A stretch of 64,000 bases of DNA from a virus. Its lineage: Duplodnaviria > Caudoviricetes. Below, piece by piece: positions 45,139 to 54,540 of this stretch (position 1 is the stretch's first letter; each line of letters begins with the position of its first letter). The translations under genes and the position numbers were made by a program. Location: positions 1 to 64,000 of the IMG/VR virus record IMGVR_UViG_3300015607_004925; one strand, written 5' to 3'. Below the pieces are notes generated by a model. That model was not told where the DNA came from, did no database searches, and saw only the letters and a program-made list of their open reading frames with translations.

Positions 45139-46175
45139 CAGCCCAACACGGCCGGGCCGCCGGCGGGCGTCCCGAATCCGCCTCCGACGCTCGTCGTGTC
45201 GACGGCGCCATCCACTTGGTCGAACGCGCGCCGGATGCGCTGCGAGCCCTCGTCGCCGAAGCCGACGGGCGATGACTTGCGCGTCGGGCGCTCCTCGTAT
45301 GGGTTCGGCGTCGGGCCGCGATCCTCGTGCGTCGAGTGGCTGTCGGTGCCCCAGAGCTGCCAGCCGCCGAGTTTTCCGCGTTGGATTGCGTCAGCGAGTC
45401 CTCGCCCCGTCCCTACGTAAGACTGCGCCAGGTTTTTCATCTGTTGCCCGCGCCCGATGAGTCCTTGGAATGCGTTCGCAACCGACGGAGAAAGAGGGTG
45501 TGGTGTCGATTGCAGTGCTGCGCGAAGACGCTGTCCTGCGAGGGCACGGCGTGACAGCGCTTGGATGACCGGGTTTTCCGAGAAAGCCAGCTCTCCGGTT
45601 TGGAAGGCCCGCGGTAGTGTCGCGACCTTGTTGAGGCCGCTGGTCATGCGTCCGGGTTCGTCGGAGAGGTTGACCTGGCCCTGGTGACGGAACAGGTCGG
45701 CGAAGTACGTCGCGGCCTGCTCGTCGGCGGGGCGGCCGTCGCGCGCGCGGGCGAGCGCGCTGTCGGCCGATGTGGCCGAGTGGTAGTGCGGGCTCGTCGA
45801 CGGGTTGTCGCCGGTGCTCGGGTCGCCGCCGTTCATGCCTGCGTTGAAGTCGGCACGTTTGATCGGGATGGGTCGTGCGCACGTGCCGTAGTGCTTCTCC
45901 TTGCGGCACGAGGTGCACAGATTCTCGGCAGAGAGCTTGCGCATCGGCTCGCTGCGTGTGTGCGCCTGCTCGTGCGCGCTGAACAGTTGCGACACGTCGA
46001 ACGGTGTCGTCGGCGGCTGGAGCTGCTGCTGTGTCTGCTGGGATACCGGCTTGGGTGCCCGCGACTGCAACGTCGCGCTCTGCTGCACCACGGGATGTGT
46101 GGCCGCGGGGAACGCGAGCTTGAGCCGTGTGAGCGCGGCGAGCTGGCCATCGGCGTAGCGGCTCTCGAGGTTCAT
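45138..46175 (-). CDS. K-x-A-segmented putative internal head protein
   Basis: RYADGQLAALTRLKLA; KRA, KVA, KLG; small CxxC..H..C knuckle. Confidence 0.65.
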   Translation of the reverse strand: MNLESRYADGQLAALTRLKLAFPAATHPVVQQSATLQSRAPKPVSQQTQQQLQPPTTPFDVSQLFSAHEQAHTRSEPMRKLSAENLCTSCRKEKHYGTCARPIPIKRADFNAGMNGGDPSTGDNPSTSPHYHSATSADSALARARDGRPADEQAATYFADLFRHQGQVNLSDEPGRMTSGLNKVATLPRAFQTGELAFSENPVIQALSRRALAGQRLRAALQSTPHPLSPSVANAFQGLIGRGQQMKNLAQSYVGTGRGLADAIQRGKLGGWQLWGTDSHSTHEDRGPTPNPYEERPTRKSSPVGFGDEGSQRIRRAFDQVDGAVDTTSVGGGFGTPAGGPAVLG

Positions 46176-46564
46176 GGCGAGATGACGTCTCCTGGTAGGG
46201 GCATCGATGACGTGGCGTAGTCGTCCTCGTTGCGCTGTAGCGCGCGGTCGATGACGCTGCGCTGGCGGCGGCCGGTGTCGGCCGGCTCGCCGGCGGCGGC
46301 GCCGGTTCCGTCGTGCGAGGTCGACGCGCCCATGCCCACGTTGAACGCGACCTTCGCCGCGTCCACGCCGACGGAGCCCGTCGGGCTGGCGGGAACGGTC
46401 GACGTCACCTTCGGCGGGCCCGGCGGCCGCGCGGGCCCGGGCAGCCCCGGCGCGCTCGGCGTCTTGATGCCGACGGAGCCGAGCGAAGGCTGAGGGATCC
46501 CTAGCCCGAGCGCCGCGAGCGCGGCGCGGGCGCCTTCCTTGTGCCTGAGCGAGAGCAGCGACAA
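46172..46564 (-). CDS. putative internal head protein (partial paralogue of 45138-46175)
   Basis: RHKEGARAALAALG; KVAFNVGMG; TTG start tentative. Confidence 0.6.
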   Translation of the reverse strand: MSLLSLRHKEGARAALAALGLGIPQPSLGSVGIKTPSAPGLPGPARPPGPPKVTSTVPASPTGSVGVDAAKVAFNVGMGASTSHDGTGAAAGEPADTGRRQRSVIDRALQRNEDDYATSSMPLPGDVISP

Positions 46565-46578
46565 GGGGTCCGCATGCC

Positions 46579-46758
46579 CTACTTGCCGAGGGTCTTGAAC
46601 AGCTCGTTGAGTGGGTTGGCGGCGGCGGTCTTCGGAGCCTCGACGAGGCCGAGCGCCTGGGCCTCCTTGATGACCTCGTCGGTCGAGGTGTAGCCGACCG
46701 CTTCGAGGGCCTTCTGGACGCCGTAGTCGTGCGCGGTCTTCAGGTGCGTGTTCGACAT
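46579..46758 (-). CDS. small K-x-A protein (59 aa)
   Basis: MSNTHLKTAHDYGVQKALEAVG...KEA...KTA; CTATACT 6 nt upstream. Confidence 0.65.
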   Translation of the reverse strand: MSNTHLKTAHDYGVQKALEAVGYTSTDEVIKEAQALGLVEAPKTAAANPLNELFKTLGK

Positions 46759-46779
46759 GGTGTAAGTATAGCGAATCCG

Positions 46780-47508
46780 CTACCCGATCACTTCCTGGCC
46801 GTACGAGCCGTCGGCACGGCCCGGCGCCATCCGGTCGTAGGTCGTGAAGTTGTCCCACAGCCAGTCGGGCATGCCGGCGCGCGCGGCGCTCGTGCCTTCC
46901 TGCTGCGCGGGGTATTGGACGCGCGCGGTGCCGTGGCTTTGCTCGGGCCCCTTCGGCTGCACGCCGGGCTCGGCGCCCATCGGGCCCGCGAGCTTGAGCT
47001 GCGCGAGCGCGGCGCGAGCGCCCGTTTCATAGGCCGTTTTCAGCGCTTTGGACGTTATGCTGCCTGTGTAAATGTTGTCAGGAAGACGCGGCAGTCCATC
47101 CATTCGACGTTCGTGTTGTTGGTAGTGATGGTCGCGCGTGAGTCCGACCTCTTGTCTACCGTTATACGTTTGAACTGCCGCACCCGGGTTCATGTTTACG
47201 TGATACGATGGACTGGCTTGTAGTTTGTTCCATACGCCTTGTGCGGCAGGTGAGACCGATACTCCACTTTGGAGTGTGCCGTTTGGTAAGCGGCGCATAG
47301 TTTCGCCATATAGCTTTCGGCCAAGACCCATTCCCCGAAATTCCGGGGCGAGTTCCGCGTGCGCTATTTCCTGTAGTCCATTACCTGCCTGCGACGGGCG
47401 CAGATGCATGTGGCCTGCAGGCCGAGCACCTACAAACGCTTCAAACCCTTCCACGCTGGGCACGAGACGAAACGCTTTGCGTAACCGTGAACCAGCCGAC
47501 TTGTTCAT
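46780..47508 (-). CDS. GNAT acetyltransferase fused to putative head-targeting segment
   Basis: LAPEFRGMGLGRKLY acetyl-CoA motif; KSA ... KTAYETGARAALAQLKLA. Confidence 0.75.
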   Translation of the reverse strand: MNKSAGSRLRKAFRLVPSVEGFEAFVGARPAGHMHLRPSQAGNGLQEIAHAELAPEFRGMGLGRKLYGETMRRLPNGTLQSGVSVSPAAQGVWNKLQASPSYHVNMNPGAAVQTYNGRQEVGLTRDHHYQQHERRMDGLPRLPDNIYTGSITSKALKTAYETGARAALAQLKLAGPMGAEPGVQPKGPEQSHGTARVQYPAQQEGTSAARAGMPDWLWDNFTTYDRMAPGRADGSYGQEVIG

Positions 47509-47984
47509 GAGTGATTGAACCTCGAGGTGTTGCGGTAGCCGGAGCCGAGCGTGTTGTACGCCGACTCCATGTTGTTCTGCGTCTTCACGCCGCGGGTCAG
47601 CTCGTCCCACTCGGCCTTGAGGCTCGCGGAGAGTTGCGCGTAGAGCTGCGCCTTGTCGTCGATGCCGATCGGCGCGATGTCGCCGTCCTGCACCGTCGCC
47701 TGGTTGCGTGCCTGGAGGAACGACTCGCTCATGAGCAGGAAGCGCGTCGTGCCGATGAGCAGGAGGTACTTCAGGTGCGGCGGAAACGTCTGCGGCGTGA
47801 AGTTGGTCTGCGGCGTGACCGCGTTGAAGCCCGACACCGCCATGTCCATCGCGAGGTTCAGCTCGTCGTCGGTGAACTGCACCGTGTCGAGGAGGATGTT
47901 CTTGTCCGCGCGATCGCGCATGAACATCCTCACCTGGTCCTTGGTGACGATGTTCGGGGTGGCGGGCGACGCGACGACCGGCAT
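47505..47984 (-). CDS. head-tail adaptor
   Basis: VR.FMRD....N.LL...QFTDDEL; position. Confidence 0.65.
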   Translation of the reverse strand: MPVVASPATPNIVTKDQVRMFMRDRADKNILLDTVQFTDDELNLAMDMAVSGFNAVTPQTNFTPQTFPPHLKYLLLIGTTRFLLMSESFLQARNQATVQDGDIAPIGIDDKAQLYAQLSASLKAEWDELTRGVKTQNNMESAYNTLGSGYRNTSRFNHS

Positions 47985-48490
47985 CAGCGCACGTACGTCC
48001 GCTCGAGGCTGGCCACGACCTGCGCGATCTGCGCCTGGCCGCTCGCCGTCGTGACGAGCTGGATCGCTTGGTACGGCAGGAGGACCGTCTTGAAGCGCGC
48101 TTCGTCGAGCGCGATGAAGCGCACCCCCGTCGCCTGTTCGATGATCATCGACTCACCCGACAGGACGCTGGGCAGGTCGTCGTTGACCTTCGTCGGGTCG
48201 AGGTTGACGAGGCTGATGGTGATGTCGCCCGCCGCGCCGAGGTCGACGTGGATCTGGCTACAGACGAGCGGCTCGATGTTGTTCCAGAAGAACAGCCCGC
48301 CCCCATTCGCCGCGAGCTGGGCGTACTTGTAGATCGAGTAGCCCATGTCGAGCGGACTGTCCGCCCGCACGGCGCCGTTCTGTGGCAGCGCGCCGGTGAA
48401 GATCTTGCCCGAGGCGACCCGCTGCTGGATCGCCGTGGCGTTCGTCATCGCGAGGCGCGGCGTGACTGAGGTGACCGACGGAGATGCCAT
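47984..48490 (-). CDS. putative structural protein
   Basis: CTACAAT upstream; morphogenesis block. Confidence 0.55.
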   Translation of the reverse strand: MASPSVTSVTPRLAMTNATAIQQRVASGKIFTGALPQNGAVRADSPLDMGYSIYKYAQLAANGGGLFFWNNIEPLVCSQIHVDLGAAGDITISLVNLDPTKVNDDLPSVLSGESMIIEQATGVRFIALDEARFKTVLLPYQAIQLVTTASGQAQIAQVVASLERTYVR

Positions 48491-48515
48491 GGTAGGTGCT
48501 TATATTGTAGGGGAC

Positions 48516-49166
48516 TTACGCGAAGAATTCCTTGGCGTCCGGCCCCCACTCGTTGGGCTTCTCGAAGCGCGCGACGTACGTGAAGCCGGGCTTGACCAGG
48601 ATCGGGTCGACCCAACCCCCGAACGCGTCTGTCGTGGTGACGCCGATCGGTGCCGCGAGGTTGCCTGCGTCGTAGTCGCTCTTCAAGTACACACGCACTT
48701 GCGCGTTCGCGATCGGCGACCCCGCAGGCGAGACGTACGCTAGATCGTTCGACAGGCGGAAGTTCTCGTCGATCTTGACCGTGTTGTCGAAAACCGGTGG
48801 CGTCGATGTCGCGCTGCCGCCCAGGTTCAGGTCGAGGATGTTCCACGGTACGACATCGAAGATGTCGCCGTTCGCAAGCGTGATCTGGACCTGGTAGAAG
48901 TAGAACGCGATCGGCAAGTCCGCGGTGTCGGCGCCCTGGAAGGTCAGGTCCAGCACGGCGGCGTCGACCGCGAACGCCAGGCGTGTTGGCGTGTCGGCGG
49001 TCGTGTAGCGCAGGACGTTGCTGACGTCGGTCGGCTGCACGCGCAACAGGAACTCGGCCGACGCGCCGACCAGCCGCGCGAGGTCATAAGGGACCCCGTC
49101 GTCATCGACCAGGTCGATCGCGAGGTGCTTGGTGGTGCCGCGGATGAGGTTGATGCGGTTCGACAT
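48516..49166 (-). CDS. BppU-N-like structural protein
   Basis: RGTT..L.I.L.D.DG.PYDL...DTADL....YFYQVQI. Confidence 0.6.
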   Translation of the reverse strand: MSNRINLIRGTTKHLAIDLVDDDGVPYDLARLVGASAEFLLRVQPTDVSNVLRYTTADTPTRLAFAVDAAVLDLTFQGADTADLPIAFYFYQVQITLANGDIFDVVPWNILDLNLGGSATSTPPVFDNTVKIDENFRLSNDLAYVSPAGSPIANAQVRVYLKSDYDAGNLAAPIGVTTTDAFGGWVDPILVKPGFTYVARFEKPNEWGPDAKEFFA

Positions 49167-49170
49167 GGCG

Positions 49171-52100
49171 TCAGCCTTTCAGGGTACCCGTCAAGCGTCC
49201 GGCGGGCACGGTGCCGGTCAGGCGGTCGTCCGCCGGGGTCGTGAGTGCGGCGACGCGCGCTGGCGCTTCGGGGTCAGGCACGCGCCCGACCAGCCGGTCG
49301 AGCGGCGGCGTCGCCAAGACGCCGCGGAGCGGCGGGACTGCCGGGTCGTCGACGACGCCCATCAGCCGGTCGGGCGCGCGGAACAGCGCCCGGAACGCTA
49401 GGGTCGCGTCACCGCCGCGGATCACGATCACGCCCGGCGCGGTGTCCGCGCGGAAGCCGTGATCCAGTGCCACTGGCGTGCCCGTGACGGTGACCGCGCC
49501 CGGCGCCGGCGCCACCCGGCGAGTCGCACGTAGGTCGGCGGTGGCGCCGGCCAGTGCAATCGCGCCAGGTGTTGTCGCGAGCGGATAGTCGGGCTGCAGC
49601 TGGACGTCGGTGCCCGTGATCGCGATCGCGCCGTTCGCGGCGGCCAGGCGGCGATGGTCGGCCAGGTTTGTCGCGGTGCCGGTCAGCAGCAACACGCCTG
49701 CGGCTGCCGCAAGCACGCGGTCGGCGTAGAGGCCTGGTGCCGTGCTTGCCAGCGTCACCGTACCGGCGCTGGCGCCCAGCCGACGGGTCGCGCGTAGATC
49801 TGTCGAGATCCCTGCCGTGATGAACGTACCCACCGCTGGCACGAGGCGGCGGGCTGCGCGCAGGTTCGTAGGCGTGCCGTCGATCGTGATGACGCCAGGG
49901 CTTGCGGCCAGCGGGAAGCTACGCCGCAAGGTTGTCGCGTTGCCGGTCAGCGCAAGAGTGCCGGCGGTGGGTGCGAGCACGCGCGTTGCACGCAACCCGA
50001 CCGTCGTGCCCGCGATTGCGAGCGTTCCCAGGTTCGCGATGATGTGCCGCGCCAGCGGTAGCGAGACCGTCGCACCTGCGAGCACGAACGTACCCGCGTT
50101 GACCGTGAGCAACCGGGTCGCACGCAGGTTCGTGGCAGCGCCTGCGAGCACGAACGTACCCGCGTTGACCGTGAGCAACCGGGTCGCACGCAGGTTCGTG
50201 GCAGCGCCTGCGAGCGTGAGCGCGCCCGGCGTCGCGATGATGATGTAGCTGCCGACGGGCGTGTAAACCAGGTTCGCGTTCGTACCGGCGAGCGTGATCG
50301 CGCCGTTCTGCGGCGCGACGCGCCGTGTTGTACGCAACCCTGCCGCCGTGCCGGCGATCGTCAGTGCACCTACTTGAGCGTTCAGCCGGTAGGTGCGCGT
50401 CAGGCCTGCGGCGGTACCTGTGATCGTGACGGCGCCACTCTGTGTGGTCGTGCGGGCCGTGCGTGTCACCGTCGCGGCCGCGCCCGCGATGGTGATCGCT
50501 CCTGACTGCGTCGTCAGCGTGCGTGTTGCCGCCAGGCTTGCCGCGGTGCCTGCGATCGTGAACGTACCCGGCTGCGTCGCAACGACGGCGCCGTGACGCA
50601 GCCCTGCATCGGTGCCCGCGATCGCGACAGCGCCGGCGAGGGCGGTCAGCGTGTAGCTGCTCGCTGGCGTGTACGTCAGCGTGGCGTCGGTGCCCGCGAT
50701 CGTCAGCGCTCCGGGCTGTGCCGTGAGCGTCACATCGCGTCGCAGCGTTGCGGTCGCACCCGTGATCGCCAGCGCCCCCGTCTGGGCAGTGAGCAGGCGC
50801 GTCGCGCGCAGCCCGGCATCGGTGCCCGCGATCGCCAGCGCCCCGGTCTGGGCCGTGAGCAGGCGCGTCGCGCGCAACCCTGCATCGGTGCCCGCGATCG
50901 CGACAGCGCCGGCGAGGGCGGTCAGCGTGTAGCTGCTCGCTGGCGTGTACGTCAGCGTGGCGTCGGTGCCCGCGATCGTCAGTGCCCCGGCTTGGGCAGT
51001 GAGCAGGCGCGTCGCGCGCAACCCTGCATCGGTGCCCGCGATCGCCAGCGCTCCGGTCTGGGCAGTGAGCAGGCGCGTCGCGCGCAACCCTGCATCGGTG
51101 CCCGCGATCGCCAGCGCTCCGGGCTGTGCCGTGAGCGTCACATCGCGACGCAGCGTTGCGGTCGCACCCGTGATCGCCAGCGCCCCCGTCTGGGCAGTGA
51201 GCAGGCGCGTCGCACACAGCCCGGCATCGGTGCCCGCGATCGCCTGCGCCCCGGCTTGGGCGGTGAGCACGTAGGTCGCACGTAGTCCAACAGCCGTGCC
51301 TGCCAGGGTGATCGTGCCGCCTTGCGCGGCCAGCAAGCGCGTCGCGCGCAGCCCTGCAGCGGTGCCCGCTAGCGTTACCGCGCCACTCTGCGCCACTACA
51401 CGCCAAGCCTGGGTTAGTGCGGGCGCGGTGCCGGCGAGCACAAACGCACCGGTTTGGGCGGTGAGCAGTCGTGTTGTGCGCAGCCCAACACTCGAGCCCG
51501 CGATCGCCACGGCACCACTTTGGGCCGTGAGCACGTAGGCGTTCGCACCCGCGGTGACCGATGACGTGTCGAACCAACCGACGCTGCTTGCCGGCGGCGA
51601 GCCGAACCAACCCAACGACGTTGCGGTCGGATCGAAGTTCCCGATCGGAACGTGGATCGTCTCGTCGTTGCGGGCGAAGACGAGGTTCAGCGATCCCGCA
51701 AGCGCAAGCGCGCCACTCGACGTGGTGAGCGACGGCGTGAGTCCTTGCGTGATCGTCGCGGTCTGGCTCAGGCTGAGCTGGACGATCGCGAGCGGCGTTG
51801 AGGTTGCGAGCGTGTACGACCACGTGTCTGCGGCGAGGGTACCTGCGGCCGTCTTGACGCCGTAGAGCGTGTCAAACCCGCCACCGACGCCATCCGTCGT
51901 CTGGCCGAACGCGAAGTACGCCGACGTCGACAGGCCGGCGTTGCTGACCGACGGCGGCGACCCCATCTGGTTGGCGGTATCGCTGACGGCGTTGCCGACC
52001 CAGCACAACACGTCCATGTTGGCGCCGGTGCGTGTCGTGATCGCCGGGCTTCGTGCCGTCGTGCCGCTGGTGTAGACGTCCTTACCGACGGCATCCCACG

Positions 52101-52458
52101 GTCCGTTTGGATCCGCGTTGAAAACACCTACGTTGGGCGTGTAGACCTGGATCTGCGCGAGCGTGTGATCGCCCGAATCCGCGACGACGCAACCGTTGGA
52201 CGATGGCGCGGCCCACTTCCAGAAGATCTGGATTGCCGTTTCACCTGCGGCACCTGGCGTGCCTCCCGTTGAGACACGTGCCGCGACCACTTCCTGGAAG
52301 CCGTTTGGCGTCGCAAGCGTGGTGTACTGTCCCGCGGTCTGGACGACCACGACGATGAGGTCGTTCTCCGCATACGCGCCGCCCATCGGGTCGGGCAACG
52401 TGACGTCCCCGGTCCCGCTGACCGCCGCGTCGACCGGGAGGCGGATTGAGAGCGACAT
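49171..52458 (-). CDS. long repetitive fibre protein
   Basis: roughly 30 copies of a 22-aa LTAQxGALAIAGTxAGLRATR repeat after an N-terminal globular domain. Confidence 0.7.
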   Translation of the reverse strand: MSLSIRLPVDAAVSGTGDVTLPDPMGGAYAENDLIVVVVQTAGQYTTLATPNGFQEVVAARVSTGGTPGAAGETAIQIFWKWAAPSSNGCVVADSGDHTLAQIQVYTPNVGVFNADPNGPWDAVGKDVYTSGTTARSPAITTRTGANMDVLCWVGNAVSDTANQMGSPPSVSNAGLSTSAYFAFGQTTDGVGGGFDTLYGVKTAAGTLAADTWSYTLATSTPLAIVQLSLSQTATITQGLTPSLTTSSGALALAGSLNLVFARNDETIHVPIGNFDPTATSLGWFGSPPASSVGWFDTSSVTAGANAYVLTAQSGAVAIAGSSVGLRTTRLLTAQTGAFVLAGTAPALTQAWRVVAQSGAVTLAGTAAGLRATRLLAAQGGTITLAGTAVGLRATYVLTAQAGAQAIAGTDAGLCATRLLTAQTGALAITGATATLRRDVTLTAQPGALAIAGTDAGLRATRLLTAQTGALAIAGTDAGLRATRLLTAQAGALTIAGTDATLTYTPASSYTLTALAGAVAIAGTDAGLRATRLLTAQTGALAIAGTDAGLRATRLLTAQTGALAITGATATLRRDVTLTAQPGALTIAGTDATLTYTPASSYTLTALAGAVAIAGTDAGLRHGAVVATQPGTFTIAGTAASLAATRTLTTQSGAITIAGAAATVTRTARTTTQSGAVTITGTAAGLTRTYRLNAQVGALTIAGTAAGLRTTRRVAPQNGAITLAGTNANLVYTPVGSYIIIATPGALTLAGAATNLRATRLLTVNAGTFVLAGAATNLRATRLLTVNAGTFVLAGATVSLPLARHIIANLGTLAIAGTTVGLRATRVLAPTAGTLALTGNATTLRRSFPLAASPGVITIDGTPTNLRAARRLVPAVGTFITAGISTDLRATRRLGASAGTVTLASTAPGLYADRVLAAAAGVLLLTGTATNLADHRRLAAANGAIAITGTDVQLQPDYPLATTPGAIALAGATADLRATRRVAPAPGAVTVTGTPVALDHGFRADTAPGVIVIRGGDATLAFRALFRAPDRLMGVVDDPAVPPLRGVLATPPLDRLVGRVPDPEAPARVAALTTPADDRLTGTVPAGRLTGTLKG
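50075..51260 (-). repeat. 66-bp-unit coding repeats including exact recent duplications
   Basis: exact 66-bp tandem pair at about 50075-50215; larger duplicated blocks at 50600-51240. Confidence 0.8.
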
Positions 52459-52466
52459 CGCTCAGC

Positions 52467-53315
52467 TCAGCGGGTCCGCATCCACTGCAAGATCGCACCC
52501 GCCTTGGCAACAACCGCGGACGAGCTGACCTCCGACGCGAACCGCGCGATCACGGTGCCGTTGCTGGATGGCGTGATCACGCCTTCAACCACCGCGACGT
52601 TGCCCGTCGTCAGCGAGGTCGCGTTCGCCGCCGCCGGAGTGTCGTACGCCGTCGCGCTGTTGACCGTGTTCGAGGTCGCCGTCAGCGTGTAGGTGCTGGT
52701 GTAGTTCAACATGGTCGGCGACGCCGGCCCGTTGATCGCCCATCGTGAGCCAGTGGTGGTGGCTGCGCTCGTGTAAGGGATCGTGAACCGGAACCAGTAG
52801 GTCTGCCCCGCCGTGACCGAGAACGACAGCCCCGTCACGTCCGCGATCGTGTTGGCGCTGGCGTTATTGTTCGTGACGTCGCTCGACAGAACAACAGTGT
52901 TGAGGACGCTGACCGTCGGCGACCCGATGACGATCAGCTCCTTGATCCGCCCCGCGATGTCGATGACCTGGGGCTTACCATCCTCGCCGATCGTCAGGGT
53001 CTCGCCGGGCCCAAGCGGCACGGCGTTGACGAGCTGGACGACGTCGGCACCATCGCCGTGGTTCAACGTCACGGTGTTCGACAGCGCGGCGTCGATGTTC
53101 GTGATGTTGATGCACTTCACGCCCTGTGCGGTCGTCGAGCCCACACCTGCGAGGATCGTCGTCGTCGATGCCGTCGTGATCTTGGTGTTGTCATCCTTCG
53201 GCGTCGATGTCGTCGCCGCGTCGACCAGCTCGACCCACGAGACGTGGCAGTCCAAGTCGGCACCTGTGGTGCAGACGACCTCGAGCTTGGCCGACGCGTG
53301 CTTCAGGATGATCAT
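52467..53315 (-). CDS. fibre-associated structural protein
   Basis: T/S/A-rich; DVTGLSFSV.AG.TY. Confidence 0.6.
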   Translation of the reverse strand: MIILKHASAKLEVVCTTGADLDCHVSWVELVDAATTSTPKDDNTKITTASTTTILAGVGSTTAQGVKCINITNIDAALSNTVTLNHGDGADVVQLVNAVPLGPGETLTIGEDGKPQVIDIAGRIKELIVIGSPTVSVLNTVVLSSDVTNNNASANTIADVTGLSFSVTAGQTYWFRFTIPYTSAATTTGSRWAINGPASPTMLNYTSTYTLTATSNTVNSATAYDTPAAANATSLTTGNVAVVEGVITPSSNGTVIARFASEVSSSAVVAKAGAILQWMRTR

Positions 53316-53320
53316 GGCGA

Positions 53321-53740
53321 TCAGGTCACGGTCAGGACGGAGGCCCCGAAGTCGACGGTGAAGGTCTCGCCGTTGGACATCGTGATCGAGGATCCGTAGT
53401 CGTAGTACCCGATCAACGGGTCAGCTGGCGATGTCGGTGTGTCGTTGTACAGGACGGCGTACCGGAAGGGCCCCACGGACCCGGTCGCGGTGATGACGAC
53501 GTCCACGCCGGTCATCGTGCCGACACCGCCTGACTGGCTGTAGGTGTTCTGGATGTCCACCGGTCCCGTGTAGCCGTTACCGGTCGAGATCTCGGCGAGG
53601 TCGGCCTTGACCGCCATCGTCGCGACGTTCGGCGCGGTGTTCGACAGGTAGACGTTGACCGTCCCGGTGTTGAGGTTGTGCACCCCGAGGCCGAGGTCTC
53701 CGGGAAATTGCTCGAACTTGACGAAGGCAGCGACGGTCAT
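53321..53740 (-). CDS. conserved phage structural protein
   Basis: EISTGNGYT...GPFRYAVLYNDT...LIGYYDYG. Confidence 0.65.
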   Translation of the reverse strand: MTVAAFVKFEQFPGDLGLGVHNLNTGTVNVYLSNTAPNVATMAVKADLAEISTGNGYTGPVDIQNTYSQSGGVGTMTGVDVVITATGSVGPFRYAVLYNDTPTSPADPLIGYYDYGSSITMSNGETFTVDFGASVLTVT

Positions 53741-53802
53741 CAGGGCTCCTTTGAGGGCAGAACGGTCGTTTGATTATAGCGCGAAGGGTTTCGCGTCCGC
53801 GG

Positions 53803-54024
53803 TCATGGTCCGTTGTAGAGAAATTCCACCAGGTCGCCGGTCGCCGGTGCGACGTCGAACTGCACTTGCGTCCCGCCGATGAACGAGAAGCCTCGCCATT
53901 GTACGAGACCGTTGCGGACGACGTAGAGCGTCTGCGGCGTCCACGCGACCGGCGCGTTGAACACAACCGTGACACCGTCGGGCGTCTCGGTCGCCAGCCT
54001 GCGCGTGAACTGGCCGATCGCCAC
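53803..54024 (-). CDS. small structural protein
   Basis: GGAGG SD; V.RNGL.Q...F..AP.TGD. Confidence 0.6.
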   Translation of the reverse strand: MAIGQFTRRLATETPDGVTVVFNAPVAWTPQTLYVVRNGLVQWRGFSFIGGTQVQFDVAPATGDLVEFLYNGP

Positions 54025-54027
54025 CGA

Positions 54028-54432
54028 CTACCTCCGGTTCTTGTTGGCCTTGTGCGAGGTCGGCGGCGCTGCGGGCGCCTCGGGGACGACCGGCGGCGCG
54101 ACCTCGGGCAGGACTTCGACCGGCGGCTCGGACAGTGCCGCGGGCTCGGTCGACACCAGCGGCTCGGTCGACACCAGCGGCTCGGTCGACACCAGCGGCT
54201 CGGTCGACACCAGCGGCTCGGTCGACACCAGCGGCTCGGTCGACACTGCAGGCCTTACTACACGTACCCAGCCGGCGCGCACGACGCGCTGGACGATGTC
54301 GTCGTGGAAGGTCTTGTCGTCGACCTCGCGCTCCTCCTTGGCCTTGAGCGTGAGCGTGCGGCCGAGCAGGTCCTTGAGGGGCGACATGTCCAGCACGCTG
54401 GACGTGGCGTTCGCGATCTTGTGGTTGGGCAT
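54028..54432 (-). CDS. post-capsid protein with VSTEPL repeats
   Basis: directly after MCP; CTACAAT 9 nt upstream. Confidence 0.6.
   Translation of the reverse strand: MPNHKIANATSSVLDMSPLKDLLGRTLTLKAKEEREVDDKTFHDDIVQRVVRAGWVRVVRPAVSTEPLVSTEPLVSTEPLVSTEPLVSTEPLVSTEPAALSEPPVEVLPEVAPPVVPEAPAAPPTSHKANKNRR
54143..54246. repeat. perfect 18-bp VNTR (GGCTCGGTCGACACCAGC), about 5.8 copies
   Basis: direct inspection. Confidence 0.95.
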
Positions 54433-54455
54433 GACTTCCATATTGTAGGACGACA

Positions 54456-54502
54456 AAGGCCGCCTTCCTGGGTCCCGTGTCACGGGAGGAAGACGGCCTT
54501 GG
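54456..54502 (-). terminator. hairpin downstream of the major capsid gene
   Basis: AAGGCCG.CTTCCT / AGGAAG.CGGCCTT inverted repeat. Confidence 0.6.
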
Positions 54503-54540
54503 CCCTTCACGTAGGTGACCCGGCCTGCGGGTCAGGTCGA

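Noticed and set aside
54143-54246. Possible CRISPR array
   Set aside because: The repeats are contiguous with no spacers, are in frame within a CDS, and no cas genes are present.
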